A stretch of 64,000 bases of DNA, from assembly GCA_965279425.1 (NCBI GenBank), contig OZ257239.1, forward strand, positions 2,835,541-2,899,540, given 5' to 3'. The position numbers were made by a program, and so were the translations under genes. How positions within the stretch are numbered: the first letter of the stretch is position 1; each line of letters begins with the position of its first letter. Below the pieces are notes generated by a model. It had not been told where the DNA came from and ran no database searches. It saw only the letters and a list, made by a program, of their open reading frames with translations. Of the stretch, positions 19,331-31,406 are shown piece by piece. Source of the stretch: Lysobacterales bacterium. GTDB taxonomy: Bacteria > Pseudomonadota > Gammaproteobacteria > Xanthomonadales > Xanthomonadaceae.

Positions 19331-20851
19331 TTGACCACACCAGAAACACTCCTTGAATTGCTCGAATCCATCGCCGCCGACCGCACCGTGCTCGACACGT
19401 GGCCGGAGGAAGAACGCGTGCGCCTGCACAAGGCCATCGCCTCGATCTATCACCCCGAACCCAAGCTTCGCCGGAAGAAGACCAAGGAACTGGAGCGCGA
19501 GCGCCACCAGGAGAAACTCCGCCGCGCTGACGCACTGCTGGACCAGACCGGCATACGCGCCCTGCGCCGTGCGCCGGTGTTCACCACGCCCAATTACTTC
19601 CCGCCTGCCGGCTTCATCGCCCAGGACAACATGGAAGAAGTGCGCGAGCCCCTGGAATCGCCCGAGCTACGCCACTGCTACGTCTGCAAGCAGAAGTTCA
19701 CCCAGCTGCACCACTTCTACGACCAGATGTGTCCGGAATGCGCGGAGTTCAATTTCTTCAAGCGCACCGAAACAACCGACCTGAGCGGTCGCGTCGCACT
19801 GTTGACCGGTGGCCGGGTGAAGATCGGCTATCAGGCCGGTTTGAAGTTGCTGCGCGCTGGCGCACACCTCATCGTGACCACGCGCTTCGCCCGCGATTCG
19901 GCGGCGCGGTATGCCAACGAACCCGACTTCGGCGACTGGGCGCACCGGCTGGAGATCTTCGGCTTGGACCTGCGCCACACGCCCAGCGTGGAAGCCTTCT
20001 GTAGCGAGATGTCCAGCAAGTATTCGCGCCTGGATTTCATCATCAACAACGCCTGCCAGACCGTGCGCCGTCCGCCCGAGTTCTACGCGCACATGATGGA
20101 AGCCGAGACCGCAGCGCTGCGCGACACACCCGAGCATGTGCGCAAATTGCTGGGCAGCTACGAAGGCCTGCGCAGCCACGACCTGCTACCGGAAGCCTCA
20201 AAGATGCAGGTTGCGATCAGGCACGGCCTGCCCGAAGTCGCCGGCCTGTCCCACGCCGCCGAGCTGTCGCAGGTACCGCTGCTGGCCGAGGAACTGCTGG
20301 GCCAGAAGCATCTGTTCCCCGAAGGGCGCCTGGACCAGGACCTGCAGCAGGTGGATCTGCGCGGGCGCAACTCATGGCGCCTGCAGATGGCCGAGGTGCC
20401 GTCGGTGGAATTGCTGGAAGTGCAGCTGGTCAACGCCATCGCGCCGTTCCTGATCAACGCGCGCCTGAAGCCGTTGATGCTGCGCACGGATGATCGTGAC
20501 AAGCACATCGTCAATGTGTCCGCAGTCGAGGGCCAGTTCTACCGCAACTTCAAGACCACCCGGCATCCGCACACCAACATGGCCAAGGCCGCGTTGAACA
20601 TGATGACGCGCACGGCGGCAGCCGATTACCACGGCGACGGCATCCATATGAACAGCGTGGACACCGGCTGGGTCACCGACGAGGACCCCGTGGAATTGGC
20701 GGCGCGCAAGACGGTGGAAGAGCGCTTCCATCCACCGCTGGATATCGTGGACGGAGCCGCGCGCATCGTCGACCCGATCATCCATGGCTTCAATACGGGT
20801 GAACACGTCTGGGGCCAGTTCCTCAAGGATTACCGGCCTACGGATTGGTGA
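19331..20851 (+). CDS. SDR family oxidoreductase with N-terminal CxxC..CxxC module
   Basis: ALLTGGRVKIG, FIINNACQT, NVSA, TNMAKAAL; CYVC-x14-CPEC; TTG start uncertain. Confidence 0.85.
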   Translation: MTTPETLLELLESIAADRTVLDTWPEEERVRLHKAIASIYHPEPKLRRKKTKELERERHQEKLRRADALLDQTGIRALRRAPVFTTPNYFPPAGFIAQDNMEEVREPLESPELRHCYVCKQKFTQLHHFYDQMCPECAEFNFFKRTETTDLSGRVALLTGGRVKIGYQAGLKLLRAGAHLIVTTRFARDSAARYANEPDFGDWAHRLEIFGLDLRHTPSVEAFCSEMSSKYSRLDFIINNACQTVRRPPEFYAHMMEAETAALRDTPEHVRKLLGSYEGLRSHDLLPEASKMQVAIRHGLPEVAGLSHAAELSQVPLLAEELLGQKHLFPEGRLDQDLQQVDLRGRNSWRLQMAEVPSVELLEVQLVNAIAPFLINARLKPLMLRTDDRDKHIVNVSAVEGQFYRNFKTTRHPHTNMAKAALNMMTRTAAADYHGDGIHMNSVDTGWVTDEDPVELAARKTVEERFHPPLDIVDGAARIVDPIIHGFNTGEHVWGQFLKDYRPTDW

Positions 20852-20875
20852 GGTGAGTTTTCAAAGCGGCGAGCA

Positions 20876-20991
20876 GTAGGTCGGCCCCGGTATCAAGTAC
20901 GGGGCAGGCTCTACGCGGCCGACGCGCGCAATCGTATCGGCACCATTCCACCCCGATGGCGGCTCTTGTCGGGGACGTAGCCCCGACCTAC
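20876..20991. repeat. Inverted GTAGGTCGG REP pair with nested insert
   Basis: GTAGGTCGGCC..GGCCGAC ... GTCGGGGACGTAGCCCCGACCTAC. Confidence 0.8.
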
Positions 20992-21170
20992 CCAGGGGGT
21001 GCCTTGAACCGCTTCGGCACTATCCTGCATGGCTCGATGCCAGCGTGCCTCTCCCGTAGATGGCCGATTTCCGGAACAGTCGCCGTCCAGTACGTGAACT
21101 GGGTAAAGAAATCGGCAACGCGATGCGCACCCCACTACCGGAATCGGCGCAATGGCTTACCATCGGCCGC

Positions 21171-21797
21171 ATGGGGAAAGAAGCAAACCGTAGACCTATC
21201 GCGGCGCGTGGCAGCGGCTGGGCGACTTCGCTCGCCGCGTCGCTGGCGCGTTCGTCGATCACGCCCAACCAGATTTCCATGCTCAGTGTTTTTTTTGCGG
21301 CGGTGGGCGCCGCCGTGCTGGCATGGACCCCTTCCCCACCTGCCCTGCTGCTGTGCGCCGTGGGCGTGCAGCTGCGCCTGGCCTGCAACCTGCTCGACGG
21401 CATGGTGGCGATGGAAGGCGGCAAGAAAACCGCGACCGGCGCGATCTACAACGAATTCCCGGACCGGATTGCCGATTCATTGCTGATCGTGGCCCTGGGC
21501 TACGGCGCAGGCATGCCATGGCTGGGTTGGCTCGGCGCATTGCTGGCGGCATTGACCGCATATGTGCGCGTGTTCGGCGGCAGCCTTGGGCAGGCGCAGG
21601 ATTTCCGTGGGCCAATGGCCAAGCAGCATCGGATGGCTGTATTGACCATCGCCTGCGTGGTTGGTGCGGCAGAAATGTATTGGAATCATTCGCGCTATGC
21701 CCTGGTGTTGGCGGCTATCCTGATCGCCGTCGGATCATTGCTCACCTGCATTACCCGCACCCGCGCCATCGCCTCGCAGCTGCACACGCAAGACTGA
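21171..21797 (+). CDS. CDP-alcohol phosphatidyltransferase family protein (YnbA-like)
   Basis: TPNQIS, NLLDGMVA..G..NEFPDRIAD signature, GPMAKQHR. Confidence 0.9.
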   Translation: MGKEANRRPIAARGSGWATSLAASLARSSITPNQISMLSVFFAAVGAAVLAWTPSPPALLLCAVGVQLRLACNLLDGMVAMEGGKKTATGAIYNEFPDRIADSLLIVALGYGAGMPWLGWLGALLAALTAYVRVFGGSLGQAQDFRGPMAKQHRMAVLTIACVVGAAEMYWNHSRYALVLAAILIAVGSLLTCITRTRAIASQLHTQD

Positions 21798-21798
21798 C

Positions 21799-22392
21799 GT
21801 GTTCTCGCGCCTGCTGGTGTTCTTCGTGCAGATTTTCCTTGGCGCCTATCCGCGCTGGGCGGGCTCGGAACCCACGCGCAGGCAACGCATCTATTTCGCC
21901 AACCATTCCAGTCACGTGGATACGGTGGCGCTGTGGTCGGCCCTGCCGCCGCGTCTGCGCAAACGCACACGTCCGGTGGCCGCGCGCGACTACTGGGGAA
22001 GCGGCATTCGTCATTTCGTCGCCCGACAGGGCTTCAACGCAGTGTTGATCGAACGCCACCGCGAGCAGTGCGAAGGCGACCCGCTGCAGCCGCTGTACGA
22101 CGCGCTGGCCGCCGGTGAATCGCTGATCCTGTTCCCGGAAGGCACCCGCAACAGCGACCCGCAACCGCTGCCGTTCAAGTCCGGGCTGTTTCATCTGAGC
22201 ACGCGATTTCCGGACGTGGAACTGATCCCGGTTTATCTGGACAACGCACGCCGCAGCATGCCCAAGGGCAGCCTGCTGCCCGTGCCGTTGATCTGCACGG
22301 TGCGCTTCGGGCCGGCACTGCCATCGCTGCCCGGCGAGACCAAGGAAGCCTTCCTGGAACGCGCACGCAACGCAGTGGTGGCCCTGGCATGA
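21799..22392 (+). CDS. Lysophospholipid acyltransferase (PlsC family)
   Basis: ANHSSHVD (HxxxxD) and FPEGTR. Confidence 0.9.
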   Translation: MFSRLLVFFVQIFLGAYPRWAGSEPTRRQRIYFANHSSHVDTVALWSALPPRLRKRTRPVAARDYWGSGIRHFVARQGFNAVLIERHREQCEGDPLQPLYDALAAGESLILFPEGTRNSDPQPLPFKSGLFHLSTRFPDVELIPVYLDNARRSMPKGSLLPVPLICTVRFGPALPSLPGETKEAFLERARNAVVALA

Positions 22393-23378
22393 GCGACGTC
22401 TTTTCTTCGGGCAGTCCGTCGCTGGACAACTTCCTGCGTACTGCGCTGGCCCAGGCGCCGCAGAAATTCTGGTGGGTGATTGCCGGCGTCATCGGCATCC
22501 TGACACTTGCGAGCCTGATCGGCTGGGTGCTGGCCAAGCGTAAGCCGGGCCCGGTAATCGACAACCTCAACGCGCGGGTGCGTGCGTGGTGGGTGATGGT
22601 GGGCGTGCTGGCGGCATGCTTCCTGCTGGGCAAGGTCGCCACATTGGTGCTGTACGCGCTGCTGTCGTTCTTCGCCTTGCGCGAATTCCTGACCCTCACC
22701 CCCACCCGACGCGGCGATCACCTGTCGCTGTGCCTGTGCTTCTACGTCGCCATTCCCTTGCAGTACTGGCTGATCGGGATCGACTGGTACGGCTTGTTCG
22801 TGATGTGCATTCCGGTGTTCGGCTTCCTGCTGCTGCCGGCGGTGTCGGCGCTTTCGGGCGACACCGAGAACTTCCTGGAACGCAACACCAAGGTCCAGTG
22901 GGGCCTGATGCTGACCGTGTACTGTCTGAGCCACGCGCCCGCGCTGATGCTGCTGCGCATTCCCGGCTACGAGGGCCAGAACCTGTTGCTGCTGTTCTAC
23001 CTGTTGCTGGTGGTGCAGTTGAGCGACGTGCTGCAGTACGTGTTCGGCAAACTGTTCGGCAAGCACCTGCTGGCGCCGCAGGTCAGCCCCTCCAAGACCG
23101 TGGAAGGCCTGGTCGGTGGCGGCCTGTCAGCGGCTGGCGTGGGCGCGGCGCTGTGGTGGATCACCCCGTTCACGCCGCTGCAGTCGGGCCTGCTGTCGCT
23201 GCTGATCGTCATCTGCGGTTTCCTCGGCGGGCTGGCCCTGTCGGCGGTCAAGCGCAGCCTGGGGGCCAAGGACTGGGGCGAGATGATCGAGGGCCACGGC
23301 GGCATCCTGGACCGGCTGGATTCGGTGGTCTACGCCGCGCCGGTGTTCTTCCACGTGGTGCGCTACCTCTACCAGTAG
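22389..23378 (+). CDS. Phosphatidate cytidylyltransferase family protein (YnbB-like)
   Basis: SDVLQYVFGKLFGKH, SPSKTVEG, SAVKRSLGAKDWG..GHGGILDRLDS. Confidence 0.92.
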   Translation: MSDVFSSGSPSLDNFLRTALAQAPQKFWWVIAGVIGILTLASLIGWVLAKRKPGPVIDNLNARVRAWWVMVGVLAACFLLGKVATLVLYALLSFFALREFLTLTPTRRGDHLSLCLCFYVAIPLQYWLIGIDWYGLFVMCIPVFGFLLLPAVSALSGDTENFLERNTKVQWGLMLTVYCLSHAPALMLLRIPGYEGQNLLLLFYLLLVVQLSDVLQYVFGKLFGKHLLAPQVSPSKTVEGLVGGGLSAAGVGAALWWITPFTPLQSGLLSLLIVICGFLGGLALSAVKRSLGAKDWGEMIEGHGGILDRLDSVVYAAPVFFHVVRYLYQ

Positions 23379-23406
23379 TCGGCATTGGGGATGTGCTGTC
23401 CTCTTT

Positions 23407-23473
23407 TGTAGGAGCGGGCCTTGCCCGACCGCTCTTCGGGCGAGAAGCATCGCGGGCAGGGCCCCCTCCTACA
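23407..23473. repeat. Inverted REP pair
   Basis: TGTAGGAGCGGGCCTTGCCCG ... CGGGCAGGGCCCCCTCCTACA. Confidence 0.75.
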
Positions 23474-23506
23474 GTCCGCGCATGAGCTGGGCTGTACAAT
23501 TGCCCC

Positions 23507-25381
<1,875 letters not shown>

Positions 25382-25392
25382 TCCCATCTGCC

Positions 25393-25464
25393 GTAGGAGC
25401 GACGCCAGTCGCGAAGCTCGCGGCAACGAAACGACGTCGGCTTCGCGACTGGCGTCGCTCCTAC
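25393..25464. repeat. Inverted REP pair (GTAGGAGCGAC type)
   Basis: GTAGGAGCGACGCCAGTCGCGAAG ... CTTCGCGACTGGCGTCGCTCCTAC. Confidence 0.85.
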
Positions 25465-25524
25465 AGATATCGGAACACGATGCGCGCCTGCAGCCAAAGG
25501 TGCGCATCTACTTATGTCTTTGCC

Positions 25525-25830
25525 TTTGATCTTGCCCAAAAACCCCCGTGAGTCGCGGCAAACAGGTCGGGCAAACCCCGCAGGGGCGGCGCACATGGAT
25601 GTGCGCCGTTTCCGTAGGCGCAGGAAGCGCCTTACGGAGATTCCCGACCTGCTTGCGAACCCAACGGTTTCATCGTTGGGCGCGACGTTAGGGCGGCTTT
25701 CTTTTGGTTACTTTGACCAGCCATTCGGCTGTTGAAAAGCGCTTCTTTGCCGTTCAAAGAGAAGTGACTCGCGCTTCAGCGCGAAACGCTCTGCTCCCAA
25801 GAAGGAAATACAAGCAAGATCAAGATCAAA
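25525..25830. mobile_element. MITE-like non-coding element with 10-bp terminal inverted repeats
   Basis: TTTGATCTTG (25525) / CAAGATCAAA (25821); internal hairpins GGCGCACAT/ATGTGCGCC and CCAAC..GTTGG; GGTTACTTT..AAGTGAC segment; no ORF. Confidence 0.55.
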
Positions 25831-25834
25831 ATGG

Positions 25835-25857
25835 ATCCCAGCGTTCGCTGGGATGAC
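25835..25857. repeat. GTCAT/ATGAC-type short palindromic repeat
   Basis: ATCCCAGCGTTCGCTGGGATGAC; same family as 30375 and 31324. Confidence 0.65.
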
Positions 25858-25918
25858 GACTAAGAGTATCCCGTGGCTGTTTCGCATCATCGAACGCCGA
25901 TAGAAACCGCAGCTGCCA

Positions 25919-28627
25919 CTAGCCCGTGTTCTGCACACCTTGCGACACGCCATTGACGCTGGCCACCAACGCGCGCAGCAACGTCTCGTCCTCGCGACCG
26001 CTGTCGCGCCAGCGTTTCAGCAGGTCCACCTGCAGCACGCTGATCGGATCGACATAGGGATTGCGCAGGCGGATCGACAATGCCAGGCGCTGATCGTTCT
26101 GCAACAACCACTGATTGTCGTTCAAGCTCAGCACGTGCTTCAGGGTCAGCGCGTGCTCGCGTTCGATCAGCGGGAAGAAGCGCTCGTGCAACGGTCCGGA
26201 CATGCGCGAGAACATCTCGGCGATGCTGAGGTCGCCCTTCGCCAGCACCATCGAAACATCATCGAGGAAAGTCTTGAAGAACGGCCAATCCCGCGCCATT
26301 TCACGCAAAGCTTCCTCGCCGCCGGTATCGATCACTGCCTGCAAGCCACTGCCCACGCCATACCAGCCGGGAATGACCGCACGCGACTGGCTCCAGGCGA
26401 ATACCCAGGGAATCGCACGCAGATTGGTCAACGCAGCGTCTTCGCCCAGGCGTCGCGAAGGACGCGAACCCAGGGTCATGCGTTCAATGACATCGATTGG
26501 CGTGGCGTTGCGGAAATAGTCCATGAAATTCGGTGCGCCGACGAAACCGCGGTAGGCCAGCGTGCTTTGGCTCGCCACCTGGTCCATGGTCTCGCGCCAT
26601 TTGGCTTCGCGCGGTTCCTGCGGACGCGGACGCAGGCTGGACATCAGCACCGCACCGGTCGCCTGTTCCAGCGAGCGCAATGCGAGCGCGCGGATGCCGT
26701 ACTTGCGGTGGATGACTTCGCCCTGTTCGGTCACGCGCAGGCGACCATCGACGCTACCGCGCGGCGAGGCATCTACCGCGCGCGTAGTCTTACCGCCACC
26801 GCGACTGATGGAGCCACCGCGTCCGTGGAAGAAAGTCAGCTTGATGCCCAGTTCCTTGGCCGCCTGCAGCAATTCCACCTGCCCGCGCTGCAATCCCCAG
26901 CGCGACGCGGCGATGCCGCCATCCTTGCCACTGTCCGAATAGCCCAGCATCACCATCTGCACGTTGTCCCGGGCTTCAAGATGAGTGCGATAGACCGGAT
27001 CGGCCAGCAGATCGCGCAGCGTATCGGGGCCGTGCTGCAGATCGTCCACGGTTTCGAACAACGGAGCGATATCGAGTGGGACGTTGCCGTCGTTATCGAC
27101 CAGCCCGCCGCGACGCGCCAGCGCCAGCACGGTCAGCACGTCGGCGCGATTGTGCGCCATGCTGATGATGTAGGCGCCCAGCGCATCGGTGCCGTGGAGA
27201 TCGCGCGCTTCGTTGAGCGCGGCGAAGACCGCATCCATGCGCAGGCCTATCTCGTCGTCGTTGTCCGGCAGGACGGTTTCGCCGCTGGCATACGGCCCGA
27301 GCAGGGCGCCACGATCGACGGCATCGCGCGATTCCCATTCCTCATCGTGCAGCGCCGCGGCCACGGCCCGCGCATGCACGCTGGATTCCTGGCGCACATC
27401 CAGTCGCGCCAGGTGGAATCCGAAGCTGCGCACGCGCCAGGCCAACCGGCGCACCGCGAACCAGCCGGCATGCAGGCCGCGGTTCTGCTCCAGGCTGTGC
27501 AGGATCAGGTCCACGTCATCGGCGAATTCCTGCGGCGTGGCGTAGCCTTCCGGCAGATCGTCCAGCGTGGCCTGCAGCCGCGCGCGCATCAGATCGTTGA
27601 GCAGGCGATACGGTTGGTCGCCATGGCGCGGCTTTGAACGCGCGGCTGCCTGAGGCAGCAGGGCGCGATAGCGTTCCACTTGGGCCTCAACCTGTGTCGA
27701 CACGCCCACTACATCCTTGGACTGGCTCAGCAATGTGGTCAGCTGACGCAATTCCTTCAGATACAGCTGCAGGATGGAACGCCGTTGCGCGCGCAAGGTC
27801 GCGGCGATGGTGCCGCCATCGACATTGGGATTGCCGTCCATGTCGCCGCCGACCCACGTGCCGAAGCGCAACAGACGCGGCACGTCGATGGCCTGGCCGA
27901 AGGTTTCGATGAGCGCGGTTTCCACCGTCTCGTACAGCACCGGCATCACCCGATAGAGCACGTTGGTCAGGTAGAAGCCGACGTGCTCGCGCTCGTCTTC
28001 CACGCCCGGGCGTACCGGCGAGGAATCGGCGGTCTGCCAGGAAGAGGTCAGCGCCATGCGGAAACGCGCGATGTCGGTGGCTCGTTCGCCGGGCGTGCGC
28101 TGGCCGTCAAGGTCGTTGACCAGACTGGCGACCATCAGCTGTTCCTTCTCCAATAGCGCGCGACGCACGGCCTCGGTCGGATGGGCGGTGAACACGGGCT
28201 CGATATCGATGCGCGGCAGCCATTCGGCCAGTTCCTGTAGGTCCACGCCCTGCGCCTTCAGTTTGAGCATGGCGTCGTGCAGGCCGTCGGGCTGCGGCGC
28301 GCTGCCGGCGCGCTGGTAGTCGCGGCGCCGCCGGATGCGGTGCACGCGCTCGGCGATATTGACCACCTGGAAATAGGCGCTGAAGGCCCGGATCAGGGAT
28401 TCGGCGTGGTGGGGTTCCAGGCCGGCCAGCAGGCCCGCCAGGGACGCAGGCGGTTCGGCACCCTGCCGTCGTGAGATGGCGGTGGTACGCACCTTTTCGA
28501 CTTCGGCCAGGAAGTCAGGCGAGACCTGTTCAGCCAGCATGTCGCCCACCAGGGCGCCCAAGCGGCGGACATCGTCACGAAGGGGCGCGTCCGGGGGCGC
28601 GAACTCTAGGCTGCGGGGGTCGTTCAT
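25919..28627 (-). CDS. ppc: Phosphoenolpyruvate carboxylase
   Basis: [49 protein letters not shown]. Confidence 0.98.
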   Translation of the reverse strand: MNDPRSLEFAPPDAPLRDDVRRLGALVGDMLAEQVSPDFLAEVEKVRTTAISRRQGAEPPASLAGLLAGLEPHHAESLIRAFSAYFQVVNIAERVHRIRRRRDYQRAGSAPQPDGLHDAMLKLKAQGVDLQELAEWLPRIDIEPVFTAHPTEAVRRALLEKEQLMVASLVNDLDGQRTPGERATDIARFRMALTSSWQTADSSPVRPGVEDEREHVGFYLTNVLYRVMPVLYETVETALIETFGQAIDVPRLLRFGTWVGGDMDGNPNVDGGTIAATLRAQRRSILQLYLKELRQLTTLLSQSKDVVGVSTQVEAQVERYRALLPQAAARSKPRHGDQPYRLLNDLMRARLQATLDDLPEGYATPQEFADDVDLILHSLEQNRGLHAGWFAVRRLAWRVRSFGFHLARLDVRQESSVHARAVAAALHDEEWESRDAVDRGALLGPYASGETVLPDNDDEIGLRMDAVFAALNEARDLHGTDALGAYIISMAHNRADVLTVLALARRGGLVDNDGNVPLDIAPLFETVDDLQHGPDTLRDLLADPVYRTHLEARDNVQMVMLGYSDSGKDGGIAASRWGLQRGQVELLQAAKELGIKLTFFHGRGGSISRGGGKTTRAVDASPRGSVDGRLRVTEQGEVIHRKYGIRALALRSLEQATGAVLMSSLRPRPQEPREAKWRETMDQVASQSTLAYRGFVGAPNFMDYFRNATPIDVIERMTLGSRPSRRLGEDAALTNLRAIPWVFAWSQSRAVIPGWYGVGSGLQAVIDTGGEEALREMARDWPFFKTFLDDVSMVLAKGDLSIAEMFSRMSGPLHERFFPLIEREHALTLKHVLSLNDNQWLLQNDQRLALSIRLRNPYVDPISVLQVDLLKRWRDSGREDETLLRALVASVNGVSQGVQNTG

Positions 28628-28736
28628 GGCTTGAGGTCACCAGATATCGGGCGGTGGGGTCGCCCCGCCACAAGCCTAACCCAGGCTTACGGAACTTGAA
28701 CATCTTTCCATCCGGAAGAAGCGATATAATGGCCGC

Positions 28737-28862
28737 CCCTCCGCCGAGGGGCGCTGCGACCGAGACATGTGCGGATCCTTCCGCAAGAGCCCGCATATCC
28801 ATGTGCGGGGACTCCACATAGTCCGGCCAGGCTCGGTGGAATGATCCTGCAACGGCGCCCGG
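28737..28862 (+). ncRNA. SAH riboswitch
   Basis: CCGAGGGGCGCTGCGAC...CCAGGCTCGG...CAACGGCGCCC landmarks directly upstream of ahcY; TATAAT at 28725-28730. Confidence 0.88.
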
Positions 28863-28902
28863 ATAACCTGCGATCCAAGATCGCACAGACCGGAGCAATG
28901 CC

Positions 28903-30333
28903 ATGAACGCAGTACGCAAGTTTTCGACCGAAGGCGACTACAAGGTTGCCGACATCTCCCTGGCCGATTGGGGCCGCAAGGAACTGGACATCGCCGAGCA
29001 CGAGATGCCGGGCCTGATGTCGATCCGCAAGAAATATTCTTCTAGCAAACCACTGGCCGGCGTGCGCGTCACCGGCTCGCTGCACATGACCATCCAGACC
29101 GCCGTGCTGATCGAGACGCTGAAGGACATCGGCGCCGACGTGCGCTGGGCTTCCTGCAATATCTTCTCCACCCAGGACCACGCCGCTGCGGCGATCGCCG
29201 TCACCGGCACGCCGGTGTTCGCCTGGAAGGGCGAGTCGCTGGAGGAATACTGGGACTGCACGCTCGACGCACTGACCTTCCCGGGCGGCAAAGGCCCCGA
29301 GCTGGTGGTCGACGACGGCGGCGATGTCACCCTGCTGATCCACAAGGGCTACGAGCTGGAAAATGGCTCCAAGTGGGTGGACGAACCCGCCTCTTCGCAC
29401 GAGGAAGGCGTGATCAAGGCGCTGCTCAAGCGCGTGGCCAAGGAACGCCCCGGTTTCTGGCACGCCGTGGTCAAGGACTGGAAGGGCGTGTCCGAAGAAA
29501 CCACCACCGGCGTGCACCGCCTGTACCAGATGGTCGAGAACAAGTCGCTGCTGGTCCCCGCCATCAACGTCAACGATTCGGTCACCAAATCCAAGTTCGA
29601 CAACCTCTACGGCTGCCGCGAGTCGCTGGCCGATGGCCTGAAGCGCGCCATGGACGTGATGCTGGCCGGCAAAGTCGCCGTGGTCTGCGGTTACGGCGAT
29701 GTCGGCAAGGGTTCGGCGCATTCGCTGCGCGCGTACGGCGCCCGCGTTGTGGTCACCGAGATCGATCCCATCAATGCGCTGCAGGCATCGATGGAAGGTT
29801 TCGAAGTCAACACTGTGGAAAGCACCCTGGGCCGCGGCGACATCTACGTCACCACCACCGGCAACAAGGATGTGCTGACCATCGAACACCTCAGCCACAT
29901 GAAGGACCAGGCCATCGTCTGCAACATCGGCCACTTCGACAACGAGATCCAGGTCGATGCGCTGAACGAGTTCCCCGGCGTGGTCAAGCTGAACATCAAG
30001 CCGCAGGTGGACAAGTACACCTTCCCCGACGGCCGCGCGATCTTCCTGCTGGCCGAAGGCCGCCTGGTCAATCTGGGCTGCGCCACCGGCCACCCCAGCT
30101 TCGTGATGTCCAACTCGTTCTCCAACCAGACCCTGGCGCAGATCGACCTGTGGGCGAACAAAGACAAGTACGAACCGACCGTCTACATCCTGCCCAAGAA
30201 GCTGGACGAGGAAGTCGCGCGCCTGCACCTGGAAAAGATCGGCGTGAAGCTGACCACGCTGACCGCCGAACAAGCCGCGTACCTAGGCGTAAGCGTGGAT
30301 GGGCCGTACAAGCCTGAGCATTACCGCTACTGA
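28903..30333 (+). CDS. ahcY: Adenosylhomocysteinase
   Basis: [40 protein letters not shown]. Confidence 0.99.
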   Translation: MNAVRKFSTEGDYKVADISLADWGRKELDIAEHEMPGLMSIRKKYSSSKPLAGVRVTGSLHMTIQTAVLIETLKDIGADVRWASCNIFSTQDHAAAAIAVTGTPVFAWKGESLEEYWDCTLDALTFPGGKGPELVVDDGGDVTLLIHKGYELENGSKWVDEPASSHEEGVIKALLKRVAKERPGFWHAVVKDWKGVSEETTTGVHRLYQMVENKSLLVPAINVNDSVTKSKFDNLYGCRESLADGLKRAMDVMLAGKVAVVCGYGDVGKGSAHSLRAYGARVVVTEIDPINALQASMEGFEVNTVESTLGRGDIYVTTTGNKDVLTIEHLSHMKDQAIVCNIGHFDNEIQVDALNEFPGVVKLNIKPQVDKYTFPDGRAIFLLAEGRLVNLGCATGHPSFVMSNSFSNQTLAQIDLWANKDKYEPTVYILPKKLDEEVARLHLEKIGVKLTTLTAEQAAYLGVSVDGPYKPEHYRY

Positions 30334-30374
30334 TCGAAAGGCGGCGTTCTTTAGTTCGCCACCCTCTTACAGAC

Positions 30375-30457
30375 GTCATTCCCGCGTAGGCGGGAACCCA
30401 GTGACTGGCTTTTAGCGAAATGCGAAGTCACTGGGTTCCCGCCTACGCGGGGATGAC
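30375..30457. repeat. Inverted pair of GTCATTCCCGC-type repeats
   Basis: GTCATTCCCGCGTAGGCGGGAACCCAGTGAC ... GTCACTGGGTTCCCGCCTACGCGGGGATGAC. Confidence 0.85.
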
Positions 30458-30486
30458 GATCCGTTTTTACAAACGCGGACACGTCA

Positions 30487-31314
30487 ATGCGTACACCCGT
30501 TTCTTTCGAATTCTATCCGCCCAAGACCGATGAGCAACGCACCCAGCTGGACCGCACTGCGGCGAAGCTGAAGTCGTATTCGCCCGAATACGTGTCGTGC
30601 ACGTTCGGCGCTGGCGGTTCGACGCTCAGCTATACCTCCGAGACTGTCCGCCACCTCAAGCAGACGCACGGGTTCGATGCGGCACCGCATCTTTCCTGCG
30701 TGGGCGGCAGTCGCGAGGAGATCCGCGAACTGCTGCGCCTGTACCGCGCACTGGGCTGCAAGCGCATAGTCGCGCTGCGCGGCGACCTGCCTTCGGGCAT
30801 GGGCCATCCTGGCGATCTTCGCTACGCGTCCGAATTGATCGAGTTCATTCGCGGCGAACACGGCAATGCCTTCCATATCGAAGTAGGCGCGTATCCCGAA
30901 ACCCATCCGCAATCCGACGATGCCCTGGTTGACCTGAAGCATTTCAAGACGAAAGTGGATGCTGGGGCGGACGGCGCCATCACCCAGTACTTCTATAACG
31001 CCGACGCGTATTTCCATTTCGTCGATGCGGTCCGCAAGCTCGGGGTCGAGATCCCGATCATCCCCGGCATCATGCCCATCTCCAATTACACCCAACTCAA
31101 GCGTTTCTCGGAAAGCTGCGGTGCGGAGATTCCGCGCTGGATCGGCAAGCGCATGCAGGCCCTGGGCGACGATGCCGAGAGCATCCGCGAATTCGGCGCG
31201 GACGTGGTCGCCGGTCTGTGCCGGCGGTTGATCGAGGGCGGCGCACCTGCGCTGCACTTTTACACACTCAACCTGGCCAAGCCCACGCAGTCGGTGTTGT
31301 CGCGGATCGCCTGA
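30487..31314 (+). CDS. metF: 5,10-methylenetetrahydrofolate reductase
   Basis: SFEFYPPK, TFGAGGST, HLSC, ALRGDLP, YPETHP, ITQYF, HFYTLN. Confidence 0.97.
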   Translation: MRTPVSFEFYPPKTDEQRTQLDRTAAKLKSYSPEYVSCTFGAGGSTLSYTSETVRHLKQTHGFDAAPHLSCVGGSREEIRELLRLYRALGCKRIVALRGDLPSGMGHPGDLRYASELIEFIRGEHGNAFHIEVGAYPETHPQSDDALVDLKHFKTKVDAGADGAITQYFYNADAYFHFVDAVRKLGVEIPIIPGIMPISNYTQLKRFSESCGAEIPRWIGKRMQALGDDAESIREFGADVVAGLCRRLIEGGAPALHFYTLNLAKPTQSVLSRIA

Positions 31315-31323
31315 TTTTTTTGA

Positions 31324-31351
31324 CGTCATCCCAGCGAAAGCTGGGATGACG
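31324..31351. repeat. GTCAT/ATGAC-type palindrome after metF
   Basis: CGTCATCCCAGC-GAAA-GCTGGGATGACG, preceded by a T run. Confidence 0.7.
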
Positions 31352-31406
31352 AGCAAAATCCGGCCAACTTTCCACTCTTGCCCTCATCACGTTAGGCTAC
31401 GGGCTT

